Translations under genes and position numbers: made by a program
The notes under the pieces: model-generated
Database searches by the model: none
Seen by the model: only the letters and a program-made list of their open reading frames with translations
What the model was told of the DNA's origin: nothing
Shown: one piece after another, positions 8,970-19,300 of the stretch
Position numbering within the stretch: the first letter of the stretch is position 1
Layout of the letters: every line of letters starts with the position of its first letter
Assembly: GCA_046594315.1 (NCBI GenBank)
Contig: JBKJTA010000041.1
Coordinates: forward strand, 1-55,777
Direction of reading: 5' to 3'
Length of the DNA: 55,777 nt
From: Aquihabitans sp.
GTDB lineage: Bacteria > Actinomycetota > Acidimicrobiia > Acidimicrobiales > Iamiaceae

Positions 8970-11900
8970 TCACCGCAACGACCAGCCGGGGGCGTCCGAA
9001 TCAGGAGCCGAAACCGGGTCCGGGAAGCCCTCGGGGTGAGCCACCTGCACGAAACCTTCCGCCGTACCGTGCACGAGCCAGCCTCGCCCCGGGCCCAGCG
9101 CCACCGTCGGGCGACGCGGCATCCGCGTGCCGATGAGTTCCCCGTCGAGATCGGGGTCGGGCACCAGGAGGAGCCCGGTCCGGTCGGCCCGCACCTCGCG
9201 GCTCCAATGTCCGTACAGCTGGCGCAGTCGGTCGCTTCGCCCGGCGGCCACCACGTGGCGGTGCGGCATCCGGTCGGCCACCAGCGCGGCCAGCGTGGGG
9301 TGGTCGTCGTCGAGCAGGTCGGCGTCGTCCACCAGCACGAGCGTGGGATGCGAGGCGGGCTGCCCGATCGGATGGGTGCCGCGATCGCTGGGGTGATGGA
9401 TGGGGATTCCGAGGCGGTTCCAGCGATCCGCATCGCGGGCCACCACGGTCACGTCAACCCCCGCCTGGGCGGCCACCACGGCCAGCGTGGCCAGGGCGGT
9501 GCTGCGGCCAGAACGCGGTGGACCGGCCACCACAGCATGACCGCCTGGCTCGAGCACGAACCAGGCCACGCCGAGGTCGGCGTCGGCCTGGCCGACCGGC
9601 AGTCGGAGCGTGCCGTCGGGCCGGACCTCGGCTTGCCCACCGAGGGCTCGGAGTTGGGTGATCGGCAGCGATCGAGCGAGGACCGCCACCGGGCCCGGGC
9701 CCCCGACCGTGGGTTGCACCGCACTCCCGGCGAGGGCGTCTACGGCGGCGTGCAGGCCATCGGCCGGCCGGGCCACCTGCACCAGGCGCTCACCGTCGGC
9801 CGCCACCCCGCGTCCGGGCGGCAGCTTCGGCACCTGTGCGGCGGCGATCCCGAGGGCCGCATGATCGGCCCGATCGCCGAGGCGCATCACCAGCCGCTGG
9901 GGGCAGGCCGAGACCACCTGGTGCGGTGCGGCGCTCGGACCTTCAGCGGTACACAGCACGTGGATCCCGACCGCCGCGCCGCGTTGCAAGACATCGAGGA
10001 AGTGGGGCCAGGTCCCGCTCGGATCGAGCTCGTCCCACCGGGCGCGGAAGGCCCCGAGTCCGTCGATCACCAGCAGCCGCACCGGCGGTGGGGTGTCGGG
10101 CCGTGGAGCGGCTCGGCGTCGGGCCGCTTCGGTGGCCAGTGCGGAAAGGAGTCGCCGGTGCCGTTCGAGGTCGTCGGGGCCGATCACCGCCCCCACGTGC
10201 GGCAGATCCCCGAGCGGCCGCAGATCTCCGGTCCCGAGGTCGATCACGTGGATGTGGCATGCGGCGTGGTCCCAGATCTGGGCCGCGGCCAGTATCGCCA
10301 CCGCGGCCAGGTTGGTGGTCCCCGCGCCGGGGAGGCCGATCGCCAGAAACGGACCGGCGGCTGGGTTCCAGGCGAAGGGCACGTGCCGCTGGCGTTCAGG
10401 GTCGTCGGCCAACCCGAGCACGAGACCACCGCCCGCGCCCGATGGCCAGGGCAGCTGGTCGGGAAGGGGCGCGGGCCAGGGGCAGCGCGGCGGGTTGCCG
10501 CCCGTCGCCTCCCACGCGTGGGACATGGCTGTCACCATCTCGCTGAGCTCGGTGGCGGGGTGTGGTCCCGTTGCGGGCTCGGAAGGTTGGCTGCCGGGTG
10601 GCGCGTCCCGGCGGAGGCCGAGGGGTCGAACGGTGACCGAGGGCCGACGATCCGCGTTGCAGGGGGCGCTGGCCAGGGCGGTCTGGAACGGGACCAGCTC
10701 GCCCGGTCCCAGGCGCAGCAGGGCGCGGCCCGGGTGGTGCCGGGGGAGGGCGGCCGCCTCGGGTCCGTCGATCACATCGGTGCTGTCGGCTGGAGCGTGG
10801 ACTCGCAGGGCGACCCGCAGCGCGGTGTTGGCTCGGATGTGTTCGCTGACCGAACCGTTCGGCCGTTGTGTGGCCAGGACGAGGTGCACCCCGAGGCTCC
10901 GCCCGCGCTGCGCCACACCCACCAGCGCGTCGACGAAGTCCGGGAACTCGGTGGCCAGGGTGGCGAACTCGTCCACCACGACCACGAGGCGCGGCAGGGG
11001 TTCGGCGTCGGGCCGGCGACGCCGGAACTCGGTGAGGTCATCGGCCGCCGCCCCCCGGAGGCGGGCTTCGCGGTAGCGGATCTCGGCCTCGAGGCAACGC
11101 AGGGCGCGCGCCGCCAGGTGATCGTCGAGGTCGGTGACCAGCCCCGCGGTGTGGGGGAGGGCGGCGCAGGCATCGAACGCGGTTCCGCCTTTGAAGTCGA
11201 TCAGGACGAACGCCAGGTGGTCGGGGCTGCTGCCGGCGGCCAGCGAGGTGATCAGGGTGCGCAACAGCTCGCTCTTGCCGGCGCCGGTGGTGCCCGCCAC
11301 CAGCGTGTGCGGGCCGTCGGCGGCCAGGTCGATGACGACGGGCCCGTCGGGGGCGACCCCGATCACGGCCCGGGGCGCAGGATCAGGCCCGCCGGCTCGC
11401 CATTGCGCGGTGAAACCGGCGGCCGTGCACCGGTCCCGGCCGAGGAGATCGGCGAGGTGCACCGAGGCGGGGAGCAGGCGGCCGGGGTCGTCGACCTCAG
11501 GGTCGTCCAACCGGGCCAGGGCGCGGGCCACCTCTGCGGCGAATCGCTCCGTGGTGCCGGTGACCATCCCCGGACCGGTCAGGATCTGTCGAGGAGCGCC
11601 GAGTGAGCCGTCGTCGCCCACGTCGAGCACGACGGAACAGGCGGCCGGCACGTGGCTGGCCTCGGGGACCAACACCAGCGGCACCAGCCGACAGGCGGCG
11701 GCGGCGCGCAGCACCGACCGTGCTGGGGTGCGCCGGCCCGCCAGGGCGACGGGGTCGTCGATCACCACGAGCCACCGGTCTGGACCGGGGCGCGCCGCGA
11801 GGAGCCCGGCGGTCACGGTGGCCGCCGCAGTGGCCGAGCCCGCCAGCATCGAGCCCAGGTCGCCGGCGCGTGCGTGGGGCAACCACGCGGTCCAGTCCCA

Positions 11901-13286
11901 GGCCGAGCGGGCGTCGGGCCCGGCCAGGACGGCGAGCCCGAGATCGGCCGGACCGTGTGCGCAGGCGGCCTGGATCACGATGGCTCGGGCCAGGGCCCGC
12001 ACGCGGTCCAGCGCTCCCACCAGTGCGATGGGGGCGGATGGGTCGAGCACCAGCCCTGCGGGTGCGTCGGTCAGGTCCCGATGCCGCCCGGCCACGGCCG
12101 CCACGTCGTCAGCCCACCCGTCGGCGCCCCCGACGAGCGGTGGGTCCCACGGAACAGGACCGATCCCGATGCGAACGGCGAACGCATCGGCATGGTCCGG
12201 TCGCCGTTCCCAGCACGCTCGGTTCGGACCGGCAGCGGCCCGCCCCGCAGCGCCCACGCCGGCGAACCGCCGGCTGCGCTCCATGTGCGCGTCGGCGCGT
12301 CGTCGGCCCAGTTCGGCGTCGAGGGCCGCCAACTCGCTGCGTCGACGGCGCCGGGCCGTGCGGCGGGTGGTGCGCCGACGCCGCCGGCCGTCCAGGGCAC
12401 CCGCCACCATGAGGACCGGCCCGAGGAGCGCGAACAGCCCGTAGGTCCACGATCCGAGCACGACCACCATCACCCCACCGACGAGGAGCGACGCGACCAG
12501 AGCCAGGACCCCGATGGGCTGATGCGGCCCCGGGTCGGCGGGGGCCGGGGGCGCGATCATGGGCGGGAGCTCGCCCGGTGGGATGGACCGAGGTGGCCGG
12601 TGCCACGGTCGGGGGCCGTTCGACGCGCCGCTGCTGCGGTCCTCGGGGGTGGGCGTGGGCGTGGCCGTGATCAACCGGGCGGCTCCGACCCGGATTTCGT
12701 GTCCCGCAGGTCCTGTGGGCACTGGGCGGCGGACGACGACCGCTCGACCGGCCACCGAGGTCCCGTTGGTCGACCCGAGGTCGGTGAGGTGGACCGTGCC
12801 GTCACGGTCCACCTCCACCAGCGCGTGTGCAGCAGAGACCGTGGGGTCGTCGATCCGGAGTGACGCGCCGGGCTCGGGGCGCAGCGGCTGCAGCGTCGGG
12901 CCGATGCCGGGGCCATGCTCACCCCGGCCGAGGGAGTACCGGCCGGGAACGAGGTCGAACGTCTCGCCGGTGGCGAAGCCCGCGACCACCTCGATCCGAG
13001 CCACCGGGTCGGTCCCGGCGCACACCGGTGGGGCCGATCCCCGGGCAACGGTGGCGCCGTCGCCAATGCCCGCCCGGTCGAGGGGCAGGGCGGCGGGCAC
13101 GGAACGTCCGTCGACCACGAGGGGCCCGGCCGAGCGCGAGGGATCGAGCGCCTCGGCGAGGTCGGCCACCGTGGCATCGGGATCGGCGATCTCCACCACG
13201 AGGTCGCGCACCCGCGTGGGTGGCGGCTCGTGCCCGGGCGGGTGGGCCCGCGTGGTGCGGGGCTGGTGGATGGATCGAATGAGCAC
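8970..13286 (-). CDS. FHA-domain FtsK/SpoIIIE ATPase (EccC/EssC-like type VII secretion ATPase)
   Basis: FHA (DPTVSAAHA..DLGSTNGT), two TM helices, GTTGAGKS with VVVDEF and LVLATQRP, then two more ATPase-like domains (GLPGAGTT, GPPRSGRST); GGAG before GTG 13286. Confidence 0.9.
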   Translation of the reverse strand: MLIRSIHQPRTTRAHPPGHEPPPTRVRDLVVEIADPDATVADLAEALDPSRSAGPLVVDGRSVPAALPLDRAGIGDGATVARGSAPPVCAGTDPVARIEVVAGFATGETFDLVPGRYSLGRGEHGPGIGPTLQPLRPEPGASLRIDDPTVSAAHALVEVDRDGTVHLTDLGSTNGTSVAGRAVVVRRPVPTGPAGHEIRVGAARLITATPTPTPEDRSSGASNGPRPWHRPPRSIPPGELPPMIAPPAPADPGPHQPIGVLALVASLLVGGVMVVVLGSWTYGLFALLGPVLMVAGALDGRRRRRTTRRTARRRRRSELAALDAELGRRRADAHMERSRRFAGVGAAGRAAAGPNRACWERRPDHADAFAVRIGIGPVPWDPPLVGGADGWADDVAAVAGRHRDLTDAPAGLVLDPSAPIALVGALDRVRALARAIVIQAACAHGPADLGLAVLAGPDARSAWDWTAWLPHARAGDLGSMLAGSATAAATVTAGLLAARPGPDRWLVVIDDPVALAGRRTPARSVLRAAAACRLVPLVLVPEASHVPAACSVVLDVGDDGSLGAPRQILTGPGMVTGTTERFAAEVARALARLDDPEVDDPGRLLPASVHLADLLGRDRCTAAGFTAQWRAGGPDPAPRAVIGVAPDGPVVIDLAADGPHTLVAGTTGAGKSELLRTLITSLAAGSSPDHLAFVLIDFKGGTAFDACAALPHTAGLVTDLDDHLAARALRCLEAEIRYREARLRGAAADDLTEFRRRRPDAEPLPRLVVVVDEFATLATEFPDFVDALVGVAQRGRSLGVHLVLATQRPNGSVSEHIRANTALRVALRVHAPADSTDVIDGPEAAALPRHHPGRALLRLGPGELVPFQTALASAPCNADRRPSVTVRPLGLRRDAPPGSQPSEPATGPHPATELSEMVTAMSHAWEATGGNPPRCPWPAPLPDQLPWPSGAGGGLVLGLADDPERQRHVPFAWNPAAGPFLAIGLPGAGTTNLAAVAILAAAQIWDHAACHIHVIDLGTGDLRPLGDLPHVGAVIGPDDLERHRRLLSALATEAARRRAAPRPDTPPPVRLLVIDGLGAFRARWDELDPSGTWPHFLDVLQRGAAVGIHVLCTAEGPSAAPHQVVSACPQRLVMRLGDRADHAALGIAAAQVPKLPPGRGVAADGERLVQVARPADGLHAAVDALAGSAVQPTVGGPGPVAVLARSLPITQLRALGGQAEVRPDGTLRLPVGQADADLGVAWFVLEPGGHAVVAGPPRSGRSTALATLAVVAAQAGVDVTVVARDADRWNRLGIPIHHPSDRGTHPIGQPASHPTLVLVDDADLLDDDHPTLAALVADRMPHRHVVAAGRSDRLRQLYGHWSREVRADRTGLLLVPDPDLDGELIGTRMPRRPTVALGPGRGWLVHGTAEGFVQVAHPEGFPDPVSAPDSDAPGWSLR

Positions 13287-13461
13287 GAGCGCGGCTCCCG
13301 GGTGGGAGGGCCGGGGTCTGGGCGGGACGGGAAGGACCGGTGGACTTCCCGAGACGAGTGCTGCGCTGCGCCGGGCCATGTCGTAGCACCTGTCCGCCCG
13401 GATGGCGAGGGTTGGGGGCCGGAGGGTGGCCGGATGAGGCGCTACCGGTAGCGTCGAGACC

Positions 13462-14148
13462 ATGCCCGAACCGCTCGTGCCCTCCACCGGACTCGGGGTG
13501 CTGCACCTCTTCTGCGCCCTGACCCCGCTCACCGATCGAGCCGCCGTGGAGGCGGCCGTCAAGGCCGCTGAGGCCGAGGATCTTCAGGTCGTCCCCGTGG
13601 CCGTGTTGGGGCACAAGGCCGATGTGGCGTTCATGGCGCTCGGCAAGGACCACTGGCGGCTGCGTTCGTTCCAGTCGGCATTGGTGGCCGCTGGCCTGGA
13701 CCTGGTCGACTCCTATGTCTCGCTCACCGAGCTCTCCGAGTACGCGAAGGGTTTGCCGGAGCAGATGGCGCAGGCCCGGCTCTACCCAGTGCTCCCTCCC
13801 GAGGGCATGACGGCGTGGTGCTTCTACCCCATGTCGAAGCGCCGGGATCCGGGCCAGAACTGGTTCGCGCTGCCCTTCGACGACCGCAAGGCCCTGATGC
13901 ACGAGCACGGGGCGTCGGGCCGGAAGTTCGCCGGCCGGATCATCCAGCTGATCACCGGGTCCACGGGCATCGACGATTACGAGTGGGGCGTCACCCTCTT
14001 CGCCCAGCGCCCAGACGACCTCAAAGAGGTCGTGTACACGATGCGGTTCGACCAGGCCTCCACCGAGTACGCCGAGTTCGGTCCCTTCGTGTCCGGCGTG
14101 GTGGGCTCCCTGGCCGAGGTGCTCGACGTGGTGGGCCTTCCCGCCTGA
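13462..14148 (+). CDS. hemQ: Coproheme decarboxylase (chlorite dismutase family)
   Basis: SYVSLTELSEY, FYPMSKRR, LMHEHG, GIDDYEWGVTL and VYTMRFD. Confidence 0.9.
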   Translation: MPEPLVPSTGLGVLHLFCALTPLTDRAAVEAAVKAAEAEDLQVVPVAVLGHKADVAFMALGKDHWRLRSFQSALVAAGLDLVDSYVSLTELSEYAKGLPEQMAQARLYPVLPPEGMTAWCFYPMSKRRDPGQNWFALPFDDRKALMHEHGASGRKFAGRIIQLITGSTGIDDYEWGVTLFAQRPDDLKEVVYTMRFDQASTEYAEFGPFVSGVVGSLAEVLDVVGLPA

Positions 14149-14161
14149 TGTCGGTCTCACC

Positions 14162-14977
14162 ATGTTGACCGGGCCCCTGTCCGCTGCGGTCGATGCCCTG
14201 CGAGCCGAGCTGCGCCGGGTGGGCCCCTTGGTGGTGGCGTTCTCGGGCGGGGCCGACTCGGCGTTTCTGGCCTGGGTGGCCACCGACGAGCTCGGGCCCG
14301 ACCGCGTGCGCGCCATCACGGCCGTCTCCCCGTCGTTGCCCGACGACGAACTCGACGACTGCCGGCAGCTGGCCCTGGAATGGGGCCTCGCCTGGTCCAC
14401 GGTGACCACCGACGAACTGGATGACCCCCGGTATCGGGCCAACGACGGCGATCGTTGCTACCACTGCAAGGAGGCGTTGTCGGTGGCCTTGGCGCCCATC
14501 GCGGCCGCCGCGGACGCCACCATTGCGCTCGGCGTGAACCTCGACGACCTGGGCGATCACCGACCGGGTCAGCGAGCCGCCCAGGAGCACGGTGCGGTGT
14601 TCCCCCTGGTTGTTGCCGGGTTCACCAAGGCCATGGTGCGCGAGGCGTCGGCAGGCCTCGGCCTGCGTACGGCCCACAAGCCGGCGGCGGCCTGCTTGGC
14701 GTCCCGGGTGCCCTACGGGACGCCGGTCACCCTCGGGGTGCTCCAGGAGGTGGAGGCCGCTGAGGCGGCCTTGCACCGGCTCGGGTTCGCCGAGCTGCGG
14801 GTGCGTCACTACCGCGACACGGCCCGCATCGAGGTGCCGTTGGATCGTCTGGCCGACGTGGTCGCGGCGCGCCACGAGGTGGTGGCCGCGGTGCAGGGCG
14901 CCGGTTACCGCTACGTCACCCTCGACCTCGAGGGTCTTCGGTCCGGCAACCTGAATGCCGCGCTCCGCGGTAGTTAG
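14162..14977 (+). CDS. larE: ATP-dependent sulfur transferase LarE
   Basis: PP-loop AFSGGADS, RCYHCK, DDLGDHRPG, ACLASR, RVRH and VTLDLEG. Confidence 0.9.
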   Translation: MLTGPLSAAVDALRAELRRVGPLVVAFSGGADSAFLAWVATDELGPDRVRAITAVSPSLPDDELDDCRQLALEWGLAWSTVTTDELDDPRYRANDGDRCYHCKEALSVALAPIAAAADATIALGVNLDDLGDHRPGQRAAQEHGAVFPLVVAGFTKAMVREASAGLGLRTAHKPAAACLASRVPYGTPVTLGVLQEVEAAEAALHRLGFAELRVRHYRDTARIEVPLDRLADVVAARHEVVAAVQGAGYRYVTLDLEGLRSGNLNAALRGS

Positions 14978-15068
14978 TTCGCTATTCGCGCTTCAGGTGT
15001 CCCTTCGGGGCGCCGATACCGGAGGGGCGGGGCCCACGCCAGGGCCTCCGGTACGAAGGCGATGAGCA

Positions 15069-16208
15069 ATGTTGGCAGGACGACGGATTTCGGCATGGGC
15101 GGTCTTGGGACTCTTGACCCTCACCGCCTGCCGACCGGTGTCTGCGGCCCGGCCCACCGGAACCCGCACACCCACCCGCCCGGCCATCACCCACCCGATC
15201 GTCGAGTCCCCCACCAGCATCGAGTCGACCACCACCCTCCCGCCAGCCACGGAGCCCCCGAACAGCACAACCACGACGGAGCCTGCTGCCTCGACCACGA
15301 CGGAGGTGCCGCCACGCTCCACCACCGAGGTACCGACGACGACCACCACGACCGACTCGCCGACCACGACCACCACCATCGTGTCGGCCCCATCGGGCTG
15401 GACGTTGGTCGGGGGCGATGAGTTCAACGGCACGGCGGTCGACGGCTCGAAGTGGAAGACGTACCACAGCACCTACGGCGACGGGAACCACGAGCTGGCC
15501 TGCCTGACCCCGGAGAACGTGATCGAGGCGGGCGGCAGCCTGCAGATCACCTCGAAGCGCCAGACCGCCACCTGCCCCGGTGGCCGGACCCGCTCCTACA
15601 CGTCGGGGTTCCTCGGATCGCGCGAGGTCGGGCGCTATTACCCGATGTACGGGCGTTTCGAAGCCCGGCTGAAGGTGCCGCACGCCCAGGGACTGTGGCC
15701 GGCCTTCTGGCTCCGTCACCGCAACGGCGCCTCCACCGCCGAGGTCGACATCCTCGAGTACTTCCACTCGCAGCGCCCGGGCCAGGGCTCGGCCGCCCTC
15801 CACCTAGACGGCGTGAAGAACGTGCTCAAGAAGAACGTGCCCTTCGAGTCGGCCCAGGGGGCGTCGGGCTGGCACGTCTGGGCTGTGGAGATCAGCCCCA
15901 CCGCCGCCGGTCCCCGCTTCGAGTTCTTCCGGGACGGCACCAGCTACGGCAGCTTCGTGGACACCAAGCACGCGTGGGCCTCGTCCGACCCTGCCGCAAC
16001 CTGGGACATCGCCCTCAACCAGGCCGTGGGTGGCAACCCCACCGGCGAGCCGGACGGCACGCTCGGCTACCTCCCGAATCTGGGCCGGTGCTCGATCGGC
16101 GGCACCGCCCCGGCCGGATGCACCACCACGGGCATCAACCGGGTCGACTGGACCCGCCCGACGGCAGCGACCTATTCGGTGGACTACGTGCGGGTGTTCA
16201 CCCGCTGA
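15069..16208 (+). CDS. GH16 glycoside hydrolase, predicted lipoprotein with Thr-rich linker
   Basis: LTLTAC lipobox, Thr/Pro linker, DEFNG, YGRFEAR, GLWPAFW, catalytic EVDILE and VDYVRV. Confidence 0.9.
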   Translation: MLAGRRISAWAVLGLLTLTACRPVSAARPTGTRTPTRPAITHPIVESPTSIESTTTLPPATEPPNSTTTTEPAASTTTEVPPRSTTEVPTTTTTTDSPTTTTTIVSAPSGWTLVGGDEFNGTAVDGSKWKTYHSTYGDGNHELACLTPENVIEAGGSLQITSKRQTATCPGGRTRSYTSGFLGSREVGRYYPMYGRFEARLKVPHAQGLWPAFWLRHRNGASTAEVDILEYFHSQRPGQGSAALHLDGVKNVLKKNVPFESAQGASGWHVWAVEISPTAAGPRFEFFRDGTSYGSFVDTKHAWASSDPAATWDIALNQAVGGNPTGEPDGTLGYLPNLGRCSIGGTAPAGCTTTGINRVDWTRPTAATYSVDYVRVFTR

Positions 16209-16332
16209 TCCACGCCACGCCAGCCACGCCACGCCACGTGGCAGGTAGGCGAGAAATAATCACTGAACGTGGTGCTCGTCGTGGGCCAGGATCAGGGCCC
16301 CCCTTGACCCTGACCCACGGCGAGGGCTCGGG

Positions 16333-19300
16333 TCAGAAGAGACCCGTGATCTTGAGGTCGAAGCCACTGGTGGGCTGACTGCGGTAGTTGAGGTGGACCT
16401 CGACGGCGATGGTGTTGGTACCCGGGTGGAAGGCCGAGGTGGGGACCGCGATGCGGACCGGCTCGTGGCGGTCGGCGGCGGCCGGTGCCGAGAGGGCGTA
16501 GGTGGCGCTGGTGATAGTTCCGGATGGCATGTTCGACCGGCCAACCTCTACCCCGTTCACGTAGAGGACAGCCCCGGCGTTGCGGATGAGGTCGAAGGCC
16601 ACCGAGGTGAACGCGCTCGGATCGGCCACGTCGACCGTTCGCCGGTAGTAGGCGGTCACGGGCCGGGGCGCGTTCGTCACGGATGTGATGGTGGCCTTCG
16701 GGGTGTCGCCGAAGCCGAGCTCGCCGGCGCCGCTGTTCCAGGTGGTGGCTTCGTATCCCTCGTTCTGCCATCCGGCGTTGGGAGAGGTGTCCTGGTACCA
16801 CCAGCTCCACGTGGAGTTGAAGGCCAACAGCTTGGGGTTGGCCGTGGCGGTGGTCGATGCGCTGGCCGAGGCCGTGTTGCCCGAGGAGTCGAACGCCGTG
16901 AGCATGTAGGTGTGGGCGACGGTGATGTCGGCCACATCGGTGAACGTGGATGCCAGGGGCCCCACCACCGCGATGGGCGCGCCGTCACGGGCGATGGTGT
17001 AGCCCCCCAGAGCGGTCTCGTCGGTCGATGGCGTCCACGACAGGGAGACCCCGTCGGCGGTGGGCGTCGCGGTGAGCGCGGGTGCCGAGGGGGCCGTGGT
17101 GTCGCTCGAGGCCCCCCGGGTGGTGGCTTGCAGGTCGAAGAAGGCCTTGGTGGCGCCGGCTTTCCAGGCGTGGAGTTCCACGGCCAACGAGTTGGTGCCG
17201 GTGGTGAGGAGCGTGCCGGGGATCCGGAACGTCTTCACCCGGGCGTCCTCGGTGGAGTCGGTGTAGGTCGAGGCCGGCGTGGCGCCGGTGACGGCCCCGG
17301 CAGGCAGGTTGACCCGGCCCACCTCCACCCCGTTGACGTAGACGATGGCTCCTTGGGCCAGCTTGGCCTCGATGTCCATGACCTTCACCTGCGACGCGTC
17401 ATCGATGGTGAAGTTGGAGCGCAGGTAGGTGGTGATGGGCTTCGAGGATCCGCCGACCGTGGTGGCCTCGCCTCCGCCCCAGCCCACCGTTCCCGGACCG
17501 CTGGTCCACGCCGAATCGTCGAACGAGGGGGCGCGCCAAGCGGTTGCGAGGTCGGTCCCGCGGTCGGCGTAGCGCCACGTGGACCCGTACGAGACGGGGG
17601 AGGCGATGGTGGGGGCGGGCCCGTTGATCGAGATCGGGGCCGGGGAGGCCGAGCGGTTGCCGCGAGTGTCGGCGGCCCGCACCGTGTACTGATGGGTGCC
17701 CGTAGCGCCCGGCGAGCCGTCGGAGTAGGTGGTCCCGAACACCGTGGCGATCACCCGATCGTCGCGGTAGATGTCGTAGGAGACGGTGCCGCCGGCATCG
17801 GTGGAACCGGTCCAGGCCAGATCGACCGAGCCGGCGTTGGCCGTGGCGGTCAGTGCGGTGGGCGCGGTGGGCGCCACCGAGTCGGTGGGGCAGAAGCGGG
17901 CGAAGCCACCCAGGTAGTCGGTGACGGCGTTGCCCGAGTAGGCGCCTCGCACGAGGTCGCCACCCACCCACAGGCAATCCCGCGAGTCCGACGAGATGCT
18001 CCAAATGCCGGCGTCGTTTTGTCCTTTGGTGCCGTTCGGGAACCAGGTGGTGTCGTAGTCGAACGTGGTGGCGTCGACGCGGCCGACCATGCGGATGGGG
18101 TCGACGGCCCGGAAGTTGTTGGGGCTCGAAAAGTTGTTGGTGCCCTGGTACACCCAGTTCAGGCAGTGGCAGGCGAAGTAGATGTAGTTGCCGATCTTCT
18201 CGATCGCCTGTGTGTCACCGCCGCTGCGGGTGATGGTGGAGTCGAGCAGCGTGTTGCGGTTGTGGTCGTACATCTGGAAGTCGTGCTGGGAGCCGCCCAC
18301 GAGGATGTTGTCGCCGCTCTCGGCCACCGCCTGCTGGTACTTCGCCGAGGTGGTCGACGCCTGCCACGGCCCGATGCCGGGTTCCACCGCACCGGTCGTG
18401 GGGTTGGTGATGCCGTAGTAGCCGTGGTTCGTGTCGCTGTTGATCGAGTTGAAGAACCCGGCCATGTAGACCCGGTCACCGGCGTTCGACACCTGGATGC
18501 GGACGGCGGTGGCGTAGATCTTCGGGCGCCACGTGCCGGGTCCGCCGTTGGAGACCTTCATGCTGATGGCGCTGGTGGTGGTGATGGCTGCGGAGGCCCC
18601 GCCCTTGAACAGGTTGAACCGGCCGGCGGCGTAGATGGTGTCGCCCCGGGAATCGAGGGCCCGCACGATGGCGTTGCCGCCGCCCGTGCGGTCGACGCTG
18701 CCCTTCCAGGTCGTGCTGACGGCGCCGGTGATGGGGTCGAGCGCGGCCAGACCGTGGGTGTCGGGCACCGAGTCGACCGAGGTGAAATCGCCGCCGATGA
18801 TCAGCTTGCCGTCGTTGGTCATCGTCATGTCCCACACCCGGCCCACCACGACGGGATGGAACGAGGGGATCCAGTTGCCGTCGAGGTCGAAGGCCGCGAT
18901 CGATGCCTGCGGGATGGGGGTTGCGGTCGGGCCCTGCTGCACGCCGGTGAAGCGGCCGCCCACGTAGACGCGGTCGCCGTAGACCTTGATGACCATCACG
19001 TTGTTGATCCAGGGCGTGACGGAATCTTCGTTGGTGTGGTTGTAGCCGGACACGCCCCAGGGGGCGATCTCCGAACGGTTCTTGAGCGCCACCGGCTTGA
19101 CCTGGGCGGCGTAGCCCTCGGCGGGGATCGGCGTGAAGCCGGCGGCTCCGTTGGCGATCTGCGGGCGCACCCACACCCGGGTGAACGGGATGGCGAGGCC
19201 TTCGTTGGCGTAGGTCCACAGGTAGCTCGACGAGCTGTTGGAGCCGGACACGCCGGAGCCGTAGGAGAAGCCGACCTTGTTGTTGTGGCTGGTCCAGGCG

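Noticed and set aside
16210-16240. Short (CCACG)n run after the GH16 gene
   Set aside because: Low-complexity microsatellite between convergent genes with no evidence of function.
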